From Vicugna vicugna (Eukaryota): a DNA stretch of 64,000 bases. This document shows, one piece after another, positions 1 through 13,510 of this stretch; the first letter of the stretch is position 1; the number at the start of each line of letters is the position of its first letter. The DNA is taken from NCBI GenBank assembly GCA_013265495.1, contig MU057701.1, forward strand, positions 62,001 through 126,000. The letters are read 5' to 3'. A model generated the notes under the pieces. That model was given only the letters and a program-made list of their open reading frames with translations, made no database searches and was not told where the DNA came from. The position numbers were made by a program, and so were the translations under genes.

Positions 1-159
1 CTGTATCGAAAAAAGTTACAGAAGGCTCACTGTGTGTCCCCATTTCAGGGTTCAGAACATTGTGGGTGCTCCAGAATGTTAGTTCAACGAATAATTTTCG
101 CGACTAAAACTTATATATTCACTTGTAGTAAGTGATTGCAGTAATTGACAGATACTGAT

Positions 160-296
160 GGGGGAGGGTATAGCTCAGTGGTAGAGTGTGTGCTTAGCAT
201 GCACAAGGTCCTGGGTTCAATCCCCAGTACCTCCATTAAAATAAATAAATAAAAACCTAATCCCCCCTCCCGTCCAAAAAAAATAATAAAATAAGG
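160..296 (+). mobile_element. tRNA-derived SINE resembling camelid vic-1
   Basis: Head ggggagggtatagctcagtggtagag with A box (tagctcagtgg) and B box (ggttcaatcc), followed by an A-rich tail. Confidence 0.85.
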
Positions 297-631
297 AGAG
301 ACCAAAGTGGGTTTCTACAGCAATCAGCCTGTATGTCGACGTTGGCTTCTCTGATCCCACATCTCATGATAAATCCAGGAACTGATTCTGATCCTGCCTT
401 TTTTTTTTTTGATTTGGTTCCTAACTTGTGAACCAGCTTATATAGGTCAGTCACGTTTTTGCTCAGAGGATGCTCCTGAAAGATGTGCATAATTCAAGAC
501 TAATCCAGATAACGTTGCGTATTCCTTTCGGCAGCCACAATAGCGCCATCGTGTGGCAACAGCCTACAGGGTCCACATCTTGAGAGCGTAGAAATTACAC
601 AGCGAGGCGGGTAGGATTTCGTTGGCAGTGA

Positions 632-1066
<435 letters not shown>

Positions 1067-1220
1067 TGAGGAAGGTTGGAAAGACATAACACGTTTTTAA
1101 GACTTAGAGATACTAAACCGTAAGTCACGGTCCTGGCTTTTTAAGACCGCTGGTCCACTGCATTGGATGGTTTGGGGACTCTATGTCACGAAAGAGTATG
1201 TTCTTGTTCAGTGCACACAG

Positions 1221-1495
1221 CAAGGGTTGGCAGTCTGGCCTGTTTTATATGGTCTATGAGCTCCGAGAAAGGTTAAAAAAAAAAAAAGAATGCTATTTGT
1301 GACGTGAAAATTAGATGAAATTCTGATTTCAGGGTCCATCGGTAGTTTTCCTGGGGTTCAGCCCTGCTCCTTCACTGACCTGGCATCCGCTGTTTTCAGG
1401 CTGCAAAGGCAGACTTGAGTGGTTGCAAGATACACACATGAAGCCCTCAAATATTTACTGTCTGGCCCTTCGCAGAAAAAGTTTACTGAACCTTG
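1221..1495. mobile_element. MER58-type hAT-Charlie DNA transposon remnant
   Basis: Terminal inverted repeats caagggttggca...tactgaaccttg and the internal motif aaatatttactgtctggcccttcgcagaaaaagttt. Confidence 0.7.
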
Positions 1496-2822
1496 TCATC
1501 TAGTTCAGCTAAATAGGGGAGAAAAAAATTTGCAAAGCGTTAATCAGCCGATTATGGGACCAAGGCCAGGGCCAGGGTCCTGGCGTGGTGCTTGCAGGTA
1601 ACCTACAAGAAATATTAAACACTTAGACCAGAGGGAGATGTTCCCAGAGATGGGCGTTCCCCTCCTCAGCGGGCTGTCCTTTTTAAGGACTCAGTCATCA
1701 GTAGCTGTCATTGTTATGATCATCATTGCTTTCAATTTTTGTTGGCCCGAGATTGACTCTCTGTTTTTACGTCTCCCTTTAAAATCTCTCCAGAAGCGCC
1801 CCTCAATGCTTTGGAACTTTAGAATCTCCAAATGACAGGGTGGCGGGGCTGCAGAGCCAGGCGCCACCACTGCATGTCAGCCTGGCGCTGGCAGCCCGTC
1901 AGCTTCCGGCTCTCAGCAGCTCCCAAGTAGCATAGTGGAGAGGAGAGCAATATGCAAAGAAGAGGGGGAAAAAATCCCAGCCCGGATCCGGTGACTCTGG
2001 TTACCCTGATTAAGCTCTGGAAAGCTACAAAGCAGAGAAATAAAATTAAAATTAAAGTTCCTAACAGGAAAGTGAGAGACTGAAGCTTCCAGGGCTGTTT
2101 CCTGGCTGTTAGCACCAGCTCCATCATTTTTTTTTCTCTCCCTGTTCGCTACTTTAATGCTTAATAACCCCTGTGAAATGGTGATGGTTTCTGGAAGAGA
2201 GCAGAGGTCAGCTTTTACCTTTTGCTGTGCTGTCAGTCATTTCCCTGTTAAACCCCCCCCCAGTCTCCCCATCTGTCCCAGCATAGTGTCCTCATGAATG
2301 TGCAGATTTTTCTCATTCTGTGATGTTGGCTCTTCATGGGGCCAACACTTAGCCTATCAGCAACGGAGAGAATCAGAAGCAATATTTGGGCATAATATGG
2401 ATGCAGAAGAACATTGGATCAACCTCTCCAGGTATAGTCCCATCCCCCTCAGTAAATACTGAGCATCTATTGTTTGTAAGCCCAACCTAACTCATGAGAT
2501 TTGTTCTCAGAAGCATCCAGGCAAACCTATTACTATACATTACTACTACATTGTTCCAAGACCCTACGGATCAGACGCGCTAGTTAATATGAAATAATTG
2601 GCCCTTGTGGATTCTTCACGCTGTCCCTGACTTAGAAATGTGTCCTGGGAAGAACGCTGGAGGCCGTTCCCGTAATAGGCAGCGTACATAACCAGAGGGG
2701 CAGACACGTCAGGCTTCCCGAGGCCCTCATGCAATAGCGCTTACTGCTTGTTCTTCATCGGGGTGGGGGCTTGTGGAGGGCCCCACCGAGCAGACCTGCC
2801 AGAGCGGCCGGCGCCTTACTAA

Positions 2823-2981
<159 letters not shown>

Positions 2982-5156
2982 TGAGTAATTTTTTAAGTCG
3001 CTTAGTTTAGACAACACGGGACTCCCAACCTGATACTTCTGCTGGGGAAGCCTGGAAGGGGGGGCTCTGTCCAGTTTGGGATGAAGCACTGTGACCTCCT
3101 GGTGGCAGGGGCGGGGGCAGGTTGATTGACAGGGTCCACCTCAACGTTTCCTGAGAAGAGGTTTATTCTGCTTCCAGTAAATTGGAGAAGCAGGTGTCTG
3201 TATCCCCTTGCCGCCCGATTCCACCCCCCTTGATTGAGTCATTCACTCACTGAACAACTAAAGGGGCTCTGGGTGACGAGCCTTGTGGAGGGCCTGGCTG
3301 CGGAACCGGAGAGGCTGGAAGGGGCTTCAGTGGAGCTGGCAGCGTCAGGTTAAGTTTTCACAGAGCCCTGAAGGCAAGAGGAGCCAGAGGGTGGGAGGGA
3401 GGGTGGGGGCTGGTGCAAGGGGGTTATTGAAAGTCTGTGTAGAGGAGAGGAGAAAGAATGGAGCTGTGATCAAGGCTTGATCTTGGAGCCAAAGAGTAGC
3501 AAGTGTCTTGGAGAAACATTCTTGAGGAAGAAAACCAGAAGTTGGTGACTGGGGGTAAGGAGAAAGGAACCTCTTTAGGTGATGCCCATTTTTAGGTTTG
3601 GGAGGGGACAGCCATCAAGGTGGAGGTGGTTTGGAGGCAAAGTCACAAGCTCAGTTGGGAAGGTCTCAGTGAGACACATCTTGGATGCTGGGATGCAGGA
3701 GTCGGCAGCACAGGAGAGAGACGGAGAGTCATCTGTCCAGAGGAGGGACTTCGATACCTGAAAAATCATCCCATTTTTCAGGGGCCAGGAAGTCACGGGA
3801 AACTCAACAGAAGCAAATCTAAACAAACAGCTGTTTTATTCCTTTGATTCCCCTCAATGAGGATGCATAGTGGGCGTGTACCCTGATTAATCAAGTTAGC
3901 AAATGTTAATCGGGTTCTGGCCCATGTCCAGTCTAAAAGATAAATCTGAAGCACTTTTGGCGTGTGTGGGATCATCTGCCCTGGGAAGACTCACTGAAGC
4001 AGAATAGGGAATTCTTGCCGGGCAAGTTTAAAGCACGTGAAGGAGGGGAGGGGAATTCCATTTTTATTTTTACTCCTCAATTTTCCGAAATGCCTGCCCT
4101 TTTCCCCTCTCTCATGTTGTTAGTTACAAAGCATGAAAAGGCTCGGATTATAAAAGAAACTTTTGGCAACACAGAGCTGTCAAGAGCAAATAGCAGAACA
4201 GCCACCTTCCATCATGACATAGCAGACAGGTGTCTCGTTTAGAACTATTTCATTGTATTTGTGTTGCCAGAAAGCTTTTTATTTTAAAAATATAGAACAG
4301 CATGAAAAATCATGCGACAGTCACCTCTTTTCTCCCCCCTCCACCCCCTCCCTCTCCTCTCAGTCCTCGGAGCCCCCACCCCCACCCCATTAAGAGTTCA
4401 GTCCTTAGCATTATGGGTTCTTTCTCTGCTGCTGTAAACACACGTGTTTAAGGCTCCTGGGTGTGATGTTTGCACAGGTACCTTCTGTGGCTTCTCAACT
4501 TCAAGGGCTCCTAAACACTATGCACATTTTAAGACATCCTTCAGCATTTGTTTAGAACTTCAGATATTAACCTATCAACAATTTGGAAGTGTGACGGCAG
4601 TAAGTAACTGCTTTTTTATTATGAATTATTTCAAAGGGTGCACTCAGGTAGGAATCACGGTGTGTGTCCCACTCCTCCCAGCACTAGCTGGATGAATAAA
4701 CTAGCTGCAGAGTTCCTCACACCCCATCCTTTGTCTGCCAGGACATAACTGTATTTTCAAACACTAATGTGTTCTGTCCATGACTAGGAGAGTGGAAATC
4801 CGCTCCAATCTACCGTAGTCCTGACAGACTCTCCTAGCAGACAGCCACTCTTTAAAAGATCATATTCAAAATTTCTCTTAAGCAGTGCATGACCTGCCCA
4901 CCCACCCCCAGACAAGAAGCACTTGTTTGCGGACAGGTAGTAATGCTGCTTCATTGGTTTGATTAGCTGTATCATTCCTTGGGGAAGTTGGAGTCACAAA
5001 ATGGCAGAGTTGGAAGACGTGTATAGGGCGGTGCATTCTCTGACAGTCCTGGCTCTTCCATTCCTGTACATTTTCAGCGCCTGATCTTGAGGGTAAAAAG
5101 TACCCCGGAGTCCAGAGGAAGCAAGCCAGCGACCTGACAAGCATTTTCTCTTGCAG

Positions 5157-5219
5157 ATTCTACGCAGCAGAGATTTCCATCGGGCTGTTCTTTCTTCACA
5201 AGAGAGGAATCATTTACAG
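5157..5219 (+). CDS. PRKCA: PKC-alpha exon 12 equivalent: (V)FYAAEISIGLFFLHKRGIIY(R)
   Basis: Acceptor ttttctcttgcag|, donor |gtgcgt; 63 nt; phases fit both neighbours. Confidence 0.97.
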
Positions 5220-5974
5220 GTGCGTATCAAAGCTCGGCTGCCCGCAGCACAGTTGAGAGTTGTGCTGGACCTCTGGACCTCTGTGGGCTTGTGGTCCTGT
5301 GATGAGGACTTAAAACACGGAATTGATAACCCCCGAAGCCACAGAGACCTGCTGGGACCCACCATTCTCTGCAGCCTCCAGGCAAATCCGAACCACCTTG
5401 TGATTTCTGGACCTCAAAAGATTTTATATCTCGTTTCTGCTTTCCCCAAGGAAACATGCTTCTCTCTCCCCCGCCAGCGTGTTCCTCTGCCTTTTATTTG
5501 GCATGGAGGTCAGGGACCAATGGAAAACTGAATTTCTGTTGTAGATGCTCAGCAGAAGAACACGGGGAGCAGGGGAGAGGCAAGAGGAAATGACTGAATT
5601 AAATTCCTCCAGTCGTGAAAGTCTGGCACCAGTGAAGGGAGAATGTCTTCGGTGGTAACTGAAAAGTAATTAAAAGGCCATACAGCACTGGGCAGGATGG
5701 AAAGAACACGTATGACCCAATAAGGATGTTCTAAGCCCAGGATTTTGCAAACCTGGTTGTGTGTCTGAGCCTCTCTGTGTCTGGGATCCTGATAAACTGA
5801 ACGACTGGGATCTCCTCAGACCCTCTCAATTGGAATCTCTAGTGATTCACCTGCCCAGCCCAGGCTGGGAATCACCAGTTCGGTCATTTAGTCATTCAGT
5901 CTGCATTTTTTAAGTACCTACTGTATGCTAAGCACAAGTTAGGCTCTAGAGATTGAAAAATAAGTAGATACTAA

Positions 5975-6346
<372 letters not shown>

Positions 6347-6609
6347 TGATGTGTGTGGAGCAGACATAGAAAAAGAACGCATGAGAGCTCCTCGCGTGTA
6401 GTAAGGATGTGTCTCGTCTCATGGAACTTCCGTTTTTGTTATGTGCGTGCAAGGTGGTTGCTAGGGCAACTGTATGTCTTACATGGGCAAACCAATTTCA
6501 GGACCACTGTGGGGCGGGGAAGCAGGGGTCTTGCTTGTGAGGGTACTCTTCGTGGAAACAGTGGGTCAGAAGGTGGTTCCGATGATGACTTTTTAGCAAA
6601 ATCAGAGTG

Positions 6610-6895
6610 ATTTTGTTTGTTCTGTTATTGTTTATTTTTATTGGTGTTTAGCTGATTTACCATGTTGTGTAAGTTTCAGGTGTACAGCAAAGTGATTCAG
6701 ACATACATACATGCATCTATGTAGATTCTTTCTCAGATTCTTTTCCATTTCAGGTTATTGCAAGATACTGAATAGAGTTCCCTGTGCTATCCTTTGGTTT
6801 ATCTGTTTTATATATAGTAGTACGTATCTGCTCATCCCAAACTCCTAATTTATCCCCCCATTTCCCCCTTGGTCACCTAAGTTTGTTTTCTCTGC
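6610..6895 (-). mobile_element. Young 5'-truncated L1 3' end (artiodactyl type) with target-site duplication
   Basis: Antisense L1 3' UTR (tttcaggtgtacagcaaagtgattcag...), flanked by the 10-bp direct repeat aatcagagtg at 6600-6609 and 6896-6905. Confidence 0.85.
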
Positions 6896-7309
6896 AATCA
6901 GAGTGGTCAGTGATCTAAGCGGCACACAGGAGTAGATCGTGGCATCTAAGCTAGGAAGAGCACGTCCGTGTGGCTCTAAGCAGAGTGGCTCCAGGATTTG
7001 TGAGTTTACAGGAGCGACCATGCTGCTTCGTCTTTGTTATGACATGTATTGAGTAATCTTCTGCCTATTTCACGAAGCTCCCTGCATGCCAGTGATTGGG
7101 TGGGTTATAACCCTGGGTCACCATGTAGCCAACTTTCTGTCCACACACAGCCCTGCGGATGACAGCGTCTCTTCCCCACTGAGGTCCATCGTGGCGGAGG
7201 GTGATGGACTCCAAGTTAGACCAACCTTGAGCTCTTTGCAGAGCTCTCCTCTTGTCTGTGGGTGGCTTTACACAATTTATTCAACCTACTGCCTCATGCA
7301 TTTATCTCT

Positions 7310-7530
7310 GAGGCAGTAGCAATAGTCCAAAAGACATGAGCTTGGAAATCAGACAAAGGTCGGCTTCGATCCTGACTGTATTATTTACAGGCTGTGGGAA
7401 CTCAGGCAAGTTACTTAACCTCTCTGAACCTCCGTTTCTACAGTGGCAAGTCAGGGACAATACTCTCCTCCTTGTAGAGTTGCGGTGAGGACTCAACGTG
7501 CCTAATACAGTGTTTTGTACCTGGTAAACC
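7310..7530 (+). mobile_element. MIR SINE
   Basis: Core ggcaagttacttaacctctctgaacctccgtttc. Confidence 0.8.
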
Positions 7531-8149
7531 CTCAGTCATAAGCAGTATTCCAAAAGCGAAGCTGATTTTCATTCCTTTGTTAAGGGCTTTTTTTTGGCTT
7601 ATTATATTCTTAGACAGTGTGGAAACAGAGGCTTAGAACGCTTTCTTAGAAACTTTAATTCTGAATTACATGGTCAAAGATGACATGTTATCTTGGATAC
7701 ATAATCTATTGGGGGTTTTGCCCCCTGAGAACTCACACATTAGTATCTCCTGGCATAACATGAGATTAAATAGTCATATTTTTCAAACATGACGGCTAGA
7801 GAGATGCTGCAGTACAAAATACAATCTCCGGGTGCAGTATTTATTGTGAAGCCTTCTACGGGCTGACAGGTATTAAACAGGCTGTGATTATGAGCTGTAC
7901 CAGCTTTGCTGAACACCCACCAGATGCTGTAGAAGCTCGCTGGCAGGGAATGGCAGCAGTTTTAGGAATAAAGGTGGCTTTGAACTTCATCTCCATTAAG
8001 ACCAGGTCTCCGCTGATCAAACACATAGTGTCCCATGTTCAGTAACACCGCAGCCGTCTGATATCCCCAGAGATGACAGCATTTCACGTAAGTGAAATTT
8101 TACGAATAACTGAAGGTTGCTGCCGTTTCTTTTTTTCAAGGCTCCTCAC

Positions 8150-8620
8150 TGTATTAATTTCGTATTGCTGCCCTAACAACCGTCAACCTAGTGGCTTAAA
8201 ACAATACAAATTTATTATCTTACGGTTCTGGAAGTCAGAAACCCAAAATCAGTCTCCCAGGGTTAATGTCAATGTTGGCAGAGGGCTGCACTCCCTTCAG
8301 CAGCTCTGGGGAGAATCTCTGCCTTTTCCAGTCTCTGGGGATTGTCTGCAGACCCTGACTCATGGTGCCGTCCTCTGTCTTCTGTGCCAGAAGCATAGCA
8401 TCTTATAATCTCTCTCCCTGCCTTTTCTAACCCTTACCCTCCAGCCTCCTGCTCATAAGGAGGGTTGTGACTACATGGGATTCACCCAGATAATCGAGAC
8501 CTATCTCCCCATCTCAAGGTCTTTAACTGAACCACGTCTGAAGAGTTCCTTTTACAGATTCTGGGGATTCGGACGTGCCTGTCTTTGGCGGAGGGGGCAT
8601 TATTCAGCCTGCCACACTCA
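8150..8620 (-). mobile_element. MLT1 (ERVL-MaLR) solo LTR
   Basis: gtggcttaaaacaatacaaatttattatcttacggttctggaagtcagaa...cccagataat...cccatctcaag, typical of a reverse MLT1. Confidence 0.75.
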
Positions 8621-9427
8621 CGGTGGCCTTCTCTCTAACTACAGTACGTGATAACCTCCCCACTTTCCTCCACCAAGTACACCTGAACATGCTTCTAACA
8701 TGTCTTGGTAACTCTGGGCCCTTTTTCTTCTTAACTTGAACTCATTTGTGTGTATGTTTCTTTCGTTCTGTGCAACTTGACCACACGTGTAGGTTCACAT
8801 CTCCACCGCCAAGTCGAGAGGCAGTACGGCTCCGTCCCTGCAGCAGCCCCTCCTGCTGCACTTTTACAGCCACCCCCGCCTCCCTCCTGCCCCACATCCC
8901 TGACCCCCAGCAGCCACTGGTCTGTTTTCCATTCTAAAATGCTGTCATTTCAAGAGTGATCTATGACTGAGTCATACGGTATGTAATCTTTTGAGATTGT
9001 TTTTCCCCCCCGCTGGGCACTTTCCAGAACTGCAGTCGTGATTGCTGAGCACCGCTCCTACCACTTGGTCACACTGCTTAAATCCTATGCCTTCGCTTCC
9101 TCCGCCTGTAAAACGGCCATACTAGTGTCTACCTCATACGGCGCTTGGCTGTAACTTGGAGTATTGTCTGTCGAAAGGCAGGTTGGTCCTGCCGCTGTTA
9201 CAGTTCACGTGACTCACTTGCCACATTGGATTGGGAACCTCTTGCAGCCTTCTAGAAGCCTCTCCTAGAAGATTCTGGCCATTGCTCTCTTCCTGGTCAT
9301 TTTGTTCGGGGACAGCAGAGGCTAGGCTGGCCTGCAAAAGACGCTTGGAACTGAGAAGTTGATTGTTATTTAGAAGATTGCACCTGCATGGGGCTGGCCG
9401 TGTCACACCAGGAGCCTGAGGACCTGC

Positions 9428-9835
9428 TGTCAGAGGGAGGGAGGCTGGGAACACTTGTCAGAGAGGAGGATGCTGGGAACACATAGTCAGAGAGAGGGAT
9501 GCTGGGAACACCTGTCAGAGAAAGGGATGCTGGGAACACTTTCAGTGAAAGGGATGCTGGGAACACATAGTCAGAGAGGAGGATGCTGGGAACACATAGT
9601 CAGAGAGAGGGATGCTGGGAACACCTGTCAGAGAGAGGGATGCTGGGAACACTTTCAGTGGAAGGGATGCCGGGAACACATAGTCAGTGGAATTCTGGGA
9701 ACATCCTTCAGAAAGAGGGATGTTAGGAAGACCATCAGAGAGAAGGATCCTGAGAATGTCTGTCAAAGGGAGGGATGCTGGAAACACGTAATCAGAAAAG
9801 GGGATTCAGGGAACAGGCCGTCAGAGAGGGATTTG
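9428..9835. repeat. Minisatellite with ~27-29 bp unit (gtcagagagagggatgctgggaacacata)
   Basis: About 9 well-conserved copies between 9428 and 9700, then degenerate copies. Confidence 0.95.
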
Positions 9836-12800
9836 TGGAAAATCAACTCTGGGCCTCTGAATACACACGGGATAACATGTTTTGGTTCTGACTCCCCTCA
9901 GTTTCTGCAAGCCTTCATCCCTCTCCTTATATCCTCTGTGCAAGCAGTAATACAGGGCGTGCCCTCCACTTATCGGGTATCCACTATGTGCCAGGCACCT
10001 GTAGACTTTCTTCTGTTAGTCCTTGTAACAAACCCCGCAGAGGAACATGACGTCGGGCTCGCGTTTCAGATGACGTGCCTGAGGCAGTGAGTAATGGTCT
10101 AAGGCCACGTAACTGAAAAATGCCAGAAGCAGGCTTCAACCCCAGGCTCAGGCTGTCTCCAGACCTTTGCACTGCCCACTACACTAAACTACGCAAGCTC
10201 TTAGCAACTCACACATTCAGAGAGCATTCTGCACACTTGCGGTGCCAAGCATGGCTCTGCGTGGGGTACAGAAACAGATCACACCGGAGCCTTGCCCTGG
10301 AAGTGCTTGCAGTTTAGAAGAGGTGACACAAACAGGAGCCAAAATCTATATTTAGATCCCAGGTGACTTTTGTTGAAAACTCAGCTACACTCCTTTGGGA
10401 ACTCAATCGATAATAACTTAGATGGTCTCGCGTTTTGCAAGCATTTTCTTCACAAGGTCCAGGAATGTGGCAGATTTCACCAGAGGAATAATTGTGATGT
10501 AGAGAATGACCATCCAGGTTCAGAGTTTCTGAATTTGCTCAGAGGTTGAAATAATCCTGTCGTCTGTGTAAATCTTCCTGTCAGGCAAGGACAAAACAAT
10601 TATCTCAGATGGCATTTTCCTTAATAGGCAAAGTGAAGGCTTAAATCTTTATGGCTGTTTGTTCAAAAGCCTTGAAATGGATTAATGCTGCAGCCTCTCC
10701 TTAACCAGTGAAGATGAGCCAAGGCGGAACATGGCACTAACACGCGAGTGTGGAGTTGAGGTGGACGCCCACGAAAGGGGCTCTAATCAGAAACTGACAT
10801 GAAGCTGACATGAAGGGGACTCTTTGCTTTGACATAGAAAGAATCACTCGAGGTCAGTGAGAGTCCTTGAGAAAGCCGGACAAAAGCTTCTTCTGGATTT
10901 AATCCCCCGCCTGAAAGTCAGTTATTTTGGGCGGGTGAGATCCAATCACAAGTCAAGTATCTCCCAGCAGCCAAGAAGCAGACTCTGAATATGAGCGTTG
11001 CCCACTGTTGTCTGGGAGAGGGGAGAGCAGCAGCGAAAGTGTTTGCCCTCTGCCAGCCCTCCTGCTGCAGCGGGACCGATGCTCTTTGAAAGTGGACGGT
11101 GTAGAATCCTCCCGGGCAGACTTACCCCGGCAGGGGTCCCATTAGACCACAGGTGGAGGGTGTCACCCATCACGTAGGGACTGTCTACTCCGTACCAAGC
11201 CCTCTGAACTCGTCTTCTGATTTGTCCCACTCTATACACGAGCAGAGGTTACACGATTTGCTCTACATCCCACCGCTGGTAAGAGGCAGAGGTGGAACTT
11301 GAACCCGACACATCCTGACCACAGACTTTATGTATTCTTTCCACATGTTGCATCATCTCCAGAGATATGAGAAAACCCCTTGAGGGAAGGAGCAGTTAAA
11401 AATGAGCACTGAGATGTTATAGACCATTCTTTCTTTAACGTCTTCTAGGAGAAAGTGGACATGCATGCATCTGAACTGGAATCAGGGGTCTGAGTCACGA
11501 TCAGATCCTTTCATCTCTGATGCAGTGAGTGAGGACTGGATTCTAGCTGCTAATACTGGCCAGATCACTCAGAAGCCAGAGCGAGCCAGCAACTCTTAAG
11601 CCCCTCTCCCTGAGGTGACATCAGTCAGTCAGGCGTCCTCCAAGTGCCTACCAAGTGTCCAGGCATGCTCAGCAGGAAAGGGGGGCCTAAGGGGAGGGGC
11701 TGGGGCTGGGGCTGGAGCCAGTTAGAAGTGGGCCATGGCGGCCCAGGAGAGACGTGAGTTTAGAGAGGGGGATGAGACAGTATTCCCCTTGGCGGTGACA
11801 GATGGCACTCCACCAGGGCTAAAATCACAGGGGGAGAAGTTTGCAGGCGAGCTTGCCGCCCCCGCTGCCAGCTGGCCATAAACAGATGTGCAAACTCGTC
11901 ACCCGGTGTTGGGGGCTGGATGAGTCCAGAGAGCTGGGGACCTCTCCCAGGGGGTCCTGGTCTCTCCTCCCAGCCCTGTGGGAATGCCAGCCTAGTGTTG
12001 CCCTTGACGGCAGCCAGAAGATTGCGTTTTTATGTAAATGTGCCTAATTGTTCAAAGTTGCTCTAGTATATATTAAGAGAAATGCAGGCAGATGAGATTC
12101 AGCCAAAGGGCCATCAGCTGTGACCTCTTTCCTGGAAAGGGTCATGGGTCACCTGTGAGGGGAAGTCGCATATTAAGGATGGGAGGAAAAAGAGAAGACC
12201 AAGGGATGTCCAGACAGGGAGGAGAGCTCCGTGCAGGGAGCTGGAGAGTCTTGGATACCCAGAAAGGTAAGTGTTCATGACTTTGAAGGTGGCAGGGCTG
12301 CAGAGCGCAAGGAGGTGAGGGGGTGGATCTGACCACAAGACTTCAGCGGTCCCTGAGAGCAGTGTCAGTAACCATGGAGCAGAAGCCAGACAGCACGGAG
12401 TTAAGTGCAAGCTTCAGCAGCCAGGCTGAGGGATTCTATGGGCAATGGGAGGGGGGGGATGTGAGCAGTCACTCAGGGAGGGCAAGAGGAGGGAAGCTGA
12501 ATTTAAGCTGCAGAAACTTGAGAATATTTCTAGGCTGAAGGGAAAATGCTCAGAGAGAATATGAATGAATGAATAAATGAATGAGTATACTGCATGCCAG
12601 GAAGGGACGGGAGTAGGGAGACCCTTCCTCCTCAGGTGCAGGGGGCCAGGGAGGTCAGGGTGGCAGGGGAGCTGCAATCATCCTTACTGGCTGGCCTGCA
12701 TCTTCAGAGAGTGAGATGCAGGGTGCGGACCTGGGGGTAAGATGCTGGAACAGGGAGAATGGGGGTTGCTCAGGGCTGGGGCCTCTCTGGGCGAGGCCAG

Positions 12801-13059
12801 ATGCTTCAGAGAGTCTCCTAGACGTGACTGACCAGGTAGTGGGACTAGTGAGTGAGGCAGGAAGGGGGCCGGGTGTCCATCAGAATGGGAGAACTGAAGT
12901 CCTAAAGAGGTAATTTGTTTTGTCTAGGAGTGGGGGTGGATGAGGGTGAGAGAGGGTAGGGCATTGGCATGGGGGCTGGGGAGGGGGTTTATTTCTGAAT
13001 GAGGCATCCTAGAGAAGCTGAGGTCTTCCCAGTGGCCCAAGACCCTTTGGGGTCTGGCC

Positions 13060-13510
13060 TCCTCTCCTTCCCTGACCTCACCTCCCCCACCCCCATCTCC
13101 CGAGACCAGCTGCCCTGGCTTCTCTACCCGCCACTCCGCACCCCTCCCACCGCCCGCTGAAACTTGCCACACTCTCTCCATCCTCGGGGCCTTTGCTCTT
13201 CTCTTCCCCTCAACATGGGATGTCCTCCCCTGGGTGTCAGCGTGCTCCCTCCTCCACCTCCTTGAAGCCTTAGCTCAGATGTCACCTCAGGGAGGTCACC
13301 TTTCCTGGCAACTCTATTTAAAACTGCAAACCTCAGCCCCGACCCTGGCACTCCTGACCCCCTGTCCCGGGTCTCCTTCCGTGGCTCACGTCATGTACTC
13401 AAGTATTTACTTCTTTCTTATCTGTCCCTCCCACAGGGCAGAATCTTTGTCTTTTTGCTCACTGATGGGCCCCTACCCCAGGGTCTGGCACAGGCTGTAT
13501 CTGGGATGAA
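13060..13510. mobile_element. L2 LINE remnant
   Basis: gcctttgctctt...ctcagatgtcacctc...tttttgctcactg...ctggcaca, typical L2 3'-region motifs. Confidence 0.6.

Noticed and set aside
160..235. Functional tRNA gene
   Set aside because: The acceptor stem is imperfect and an A-rich SINE tail follows instead of a T-run terminator, so it is better explained as a SINE.
9455..10090. 211-aa ORF with repeated GCWEH/GMLGT motifs
   Set aside because: It is a translation of the minisatellite, has no true ATG start, and lies inside an intron.
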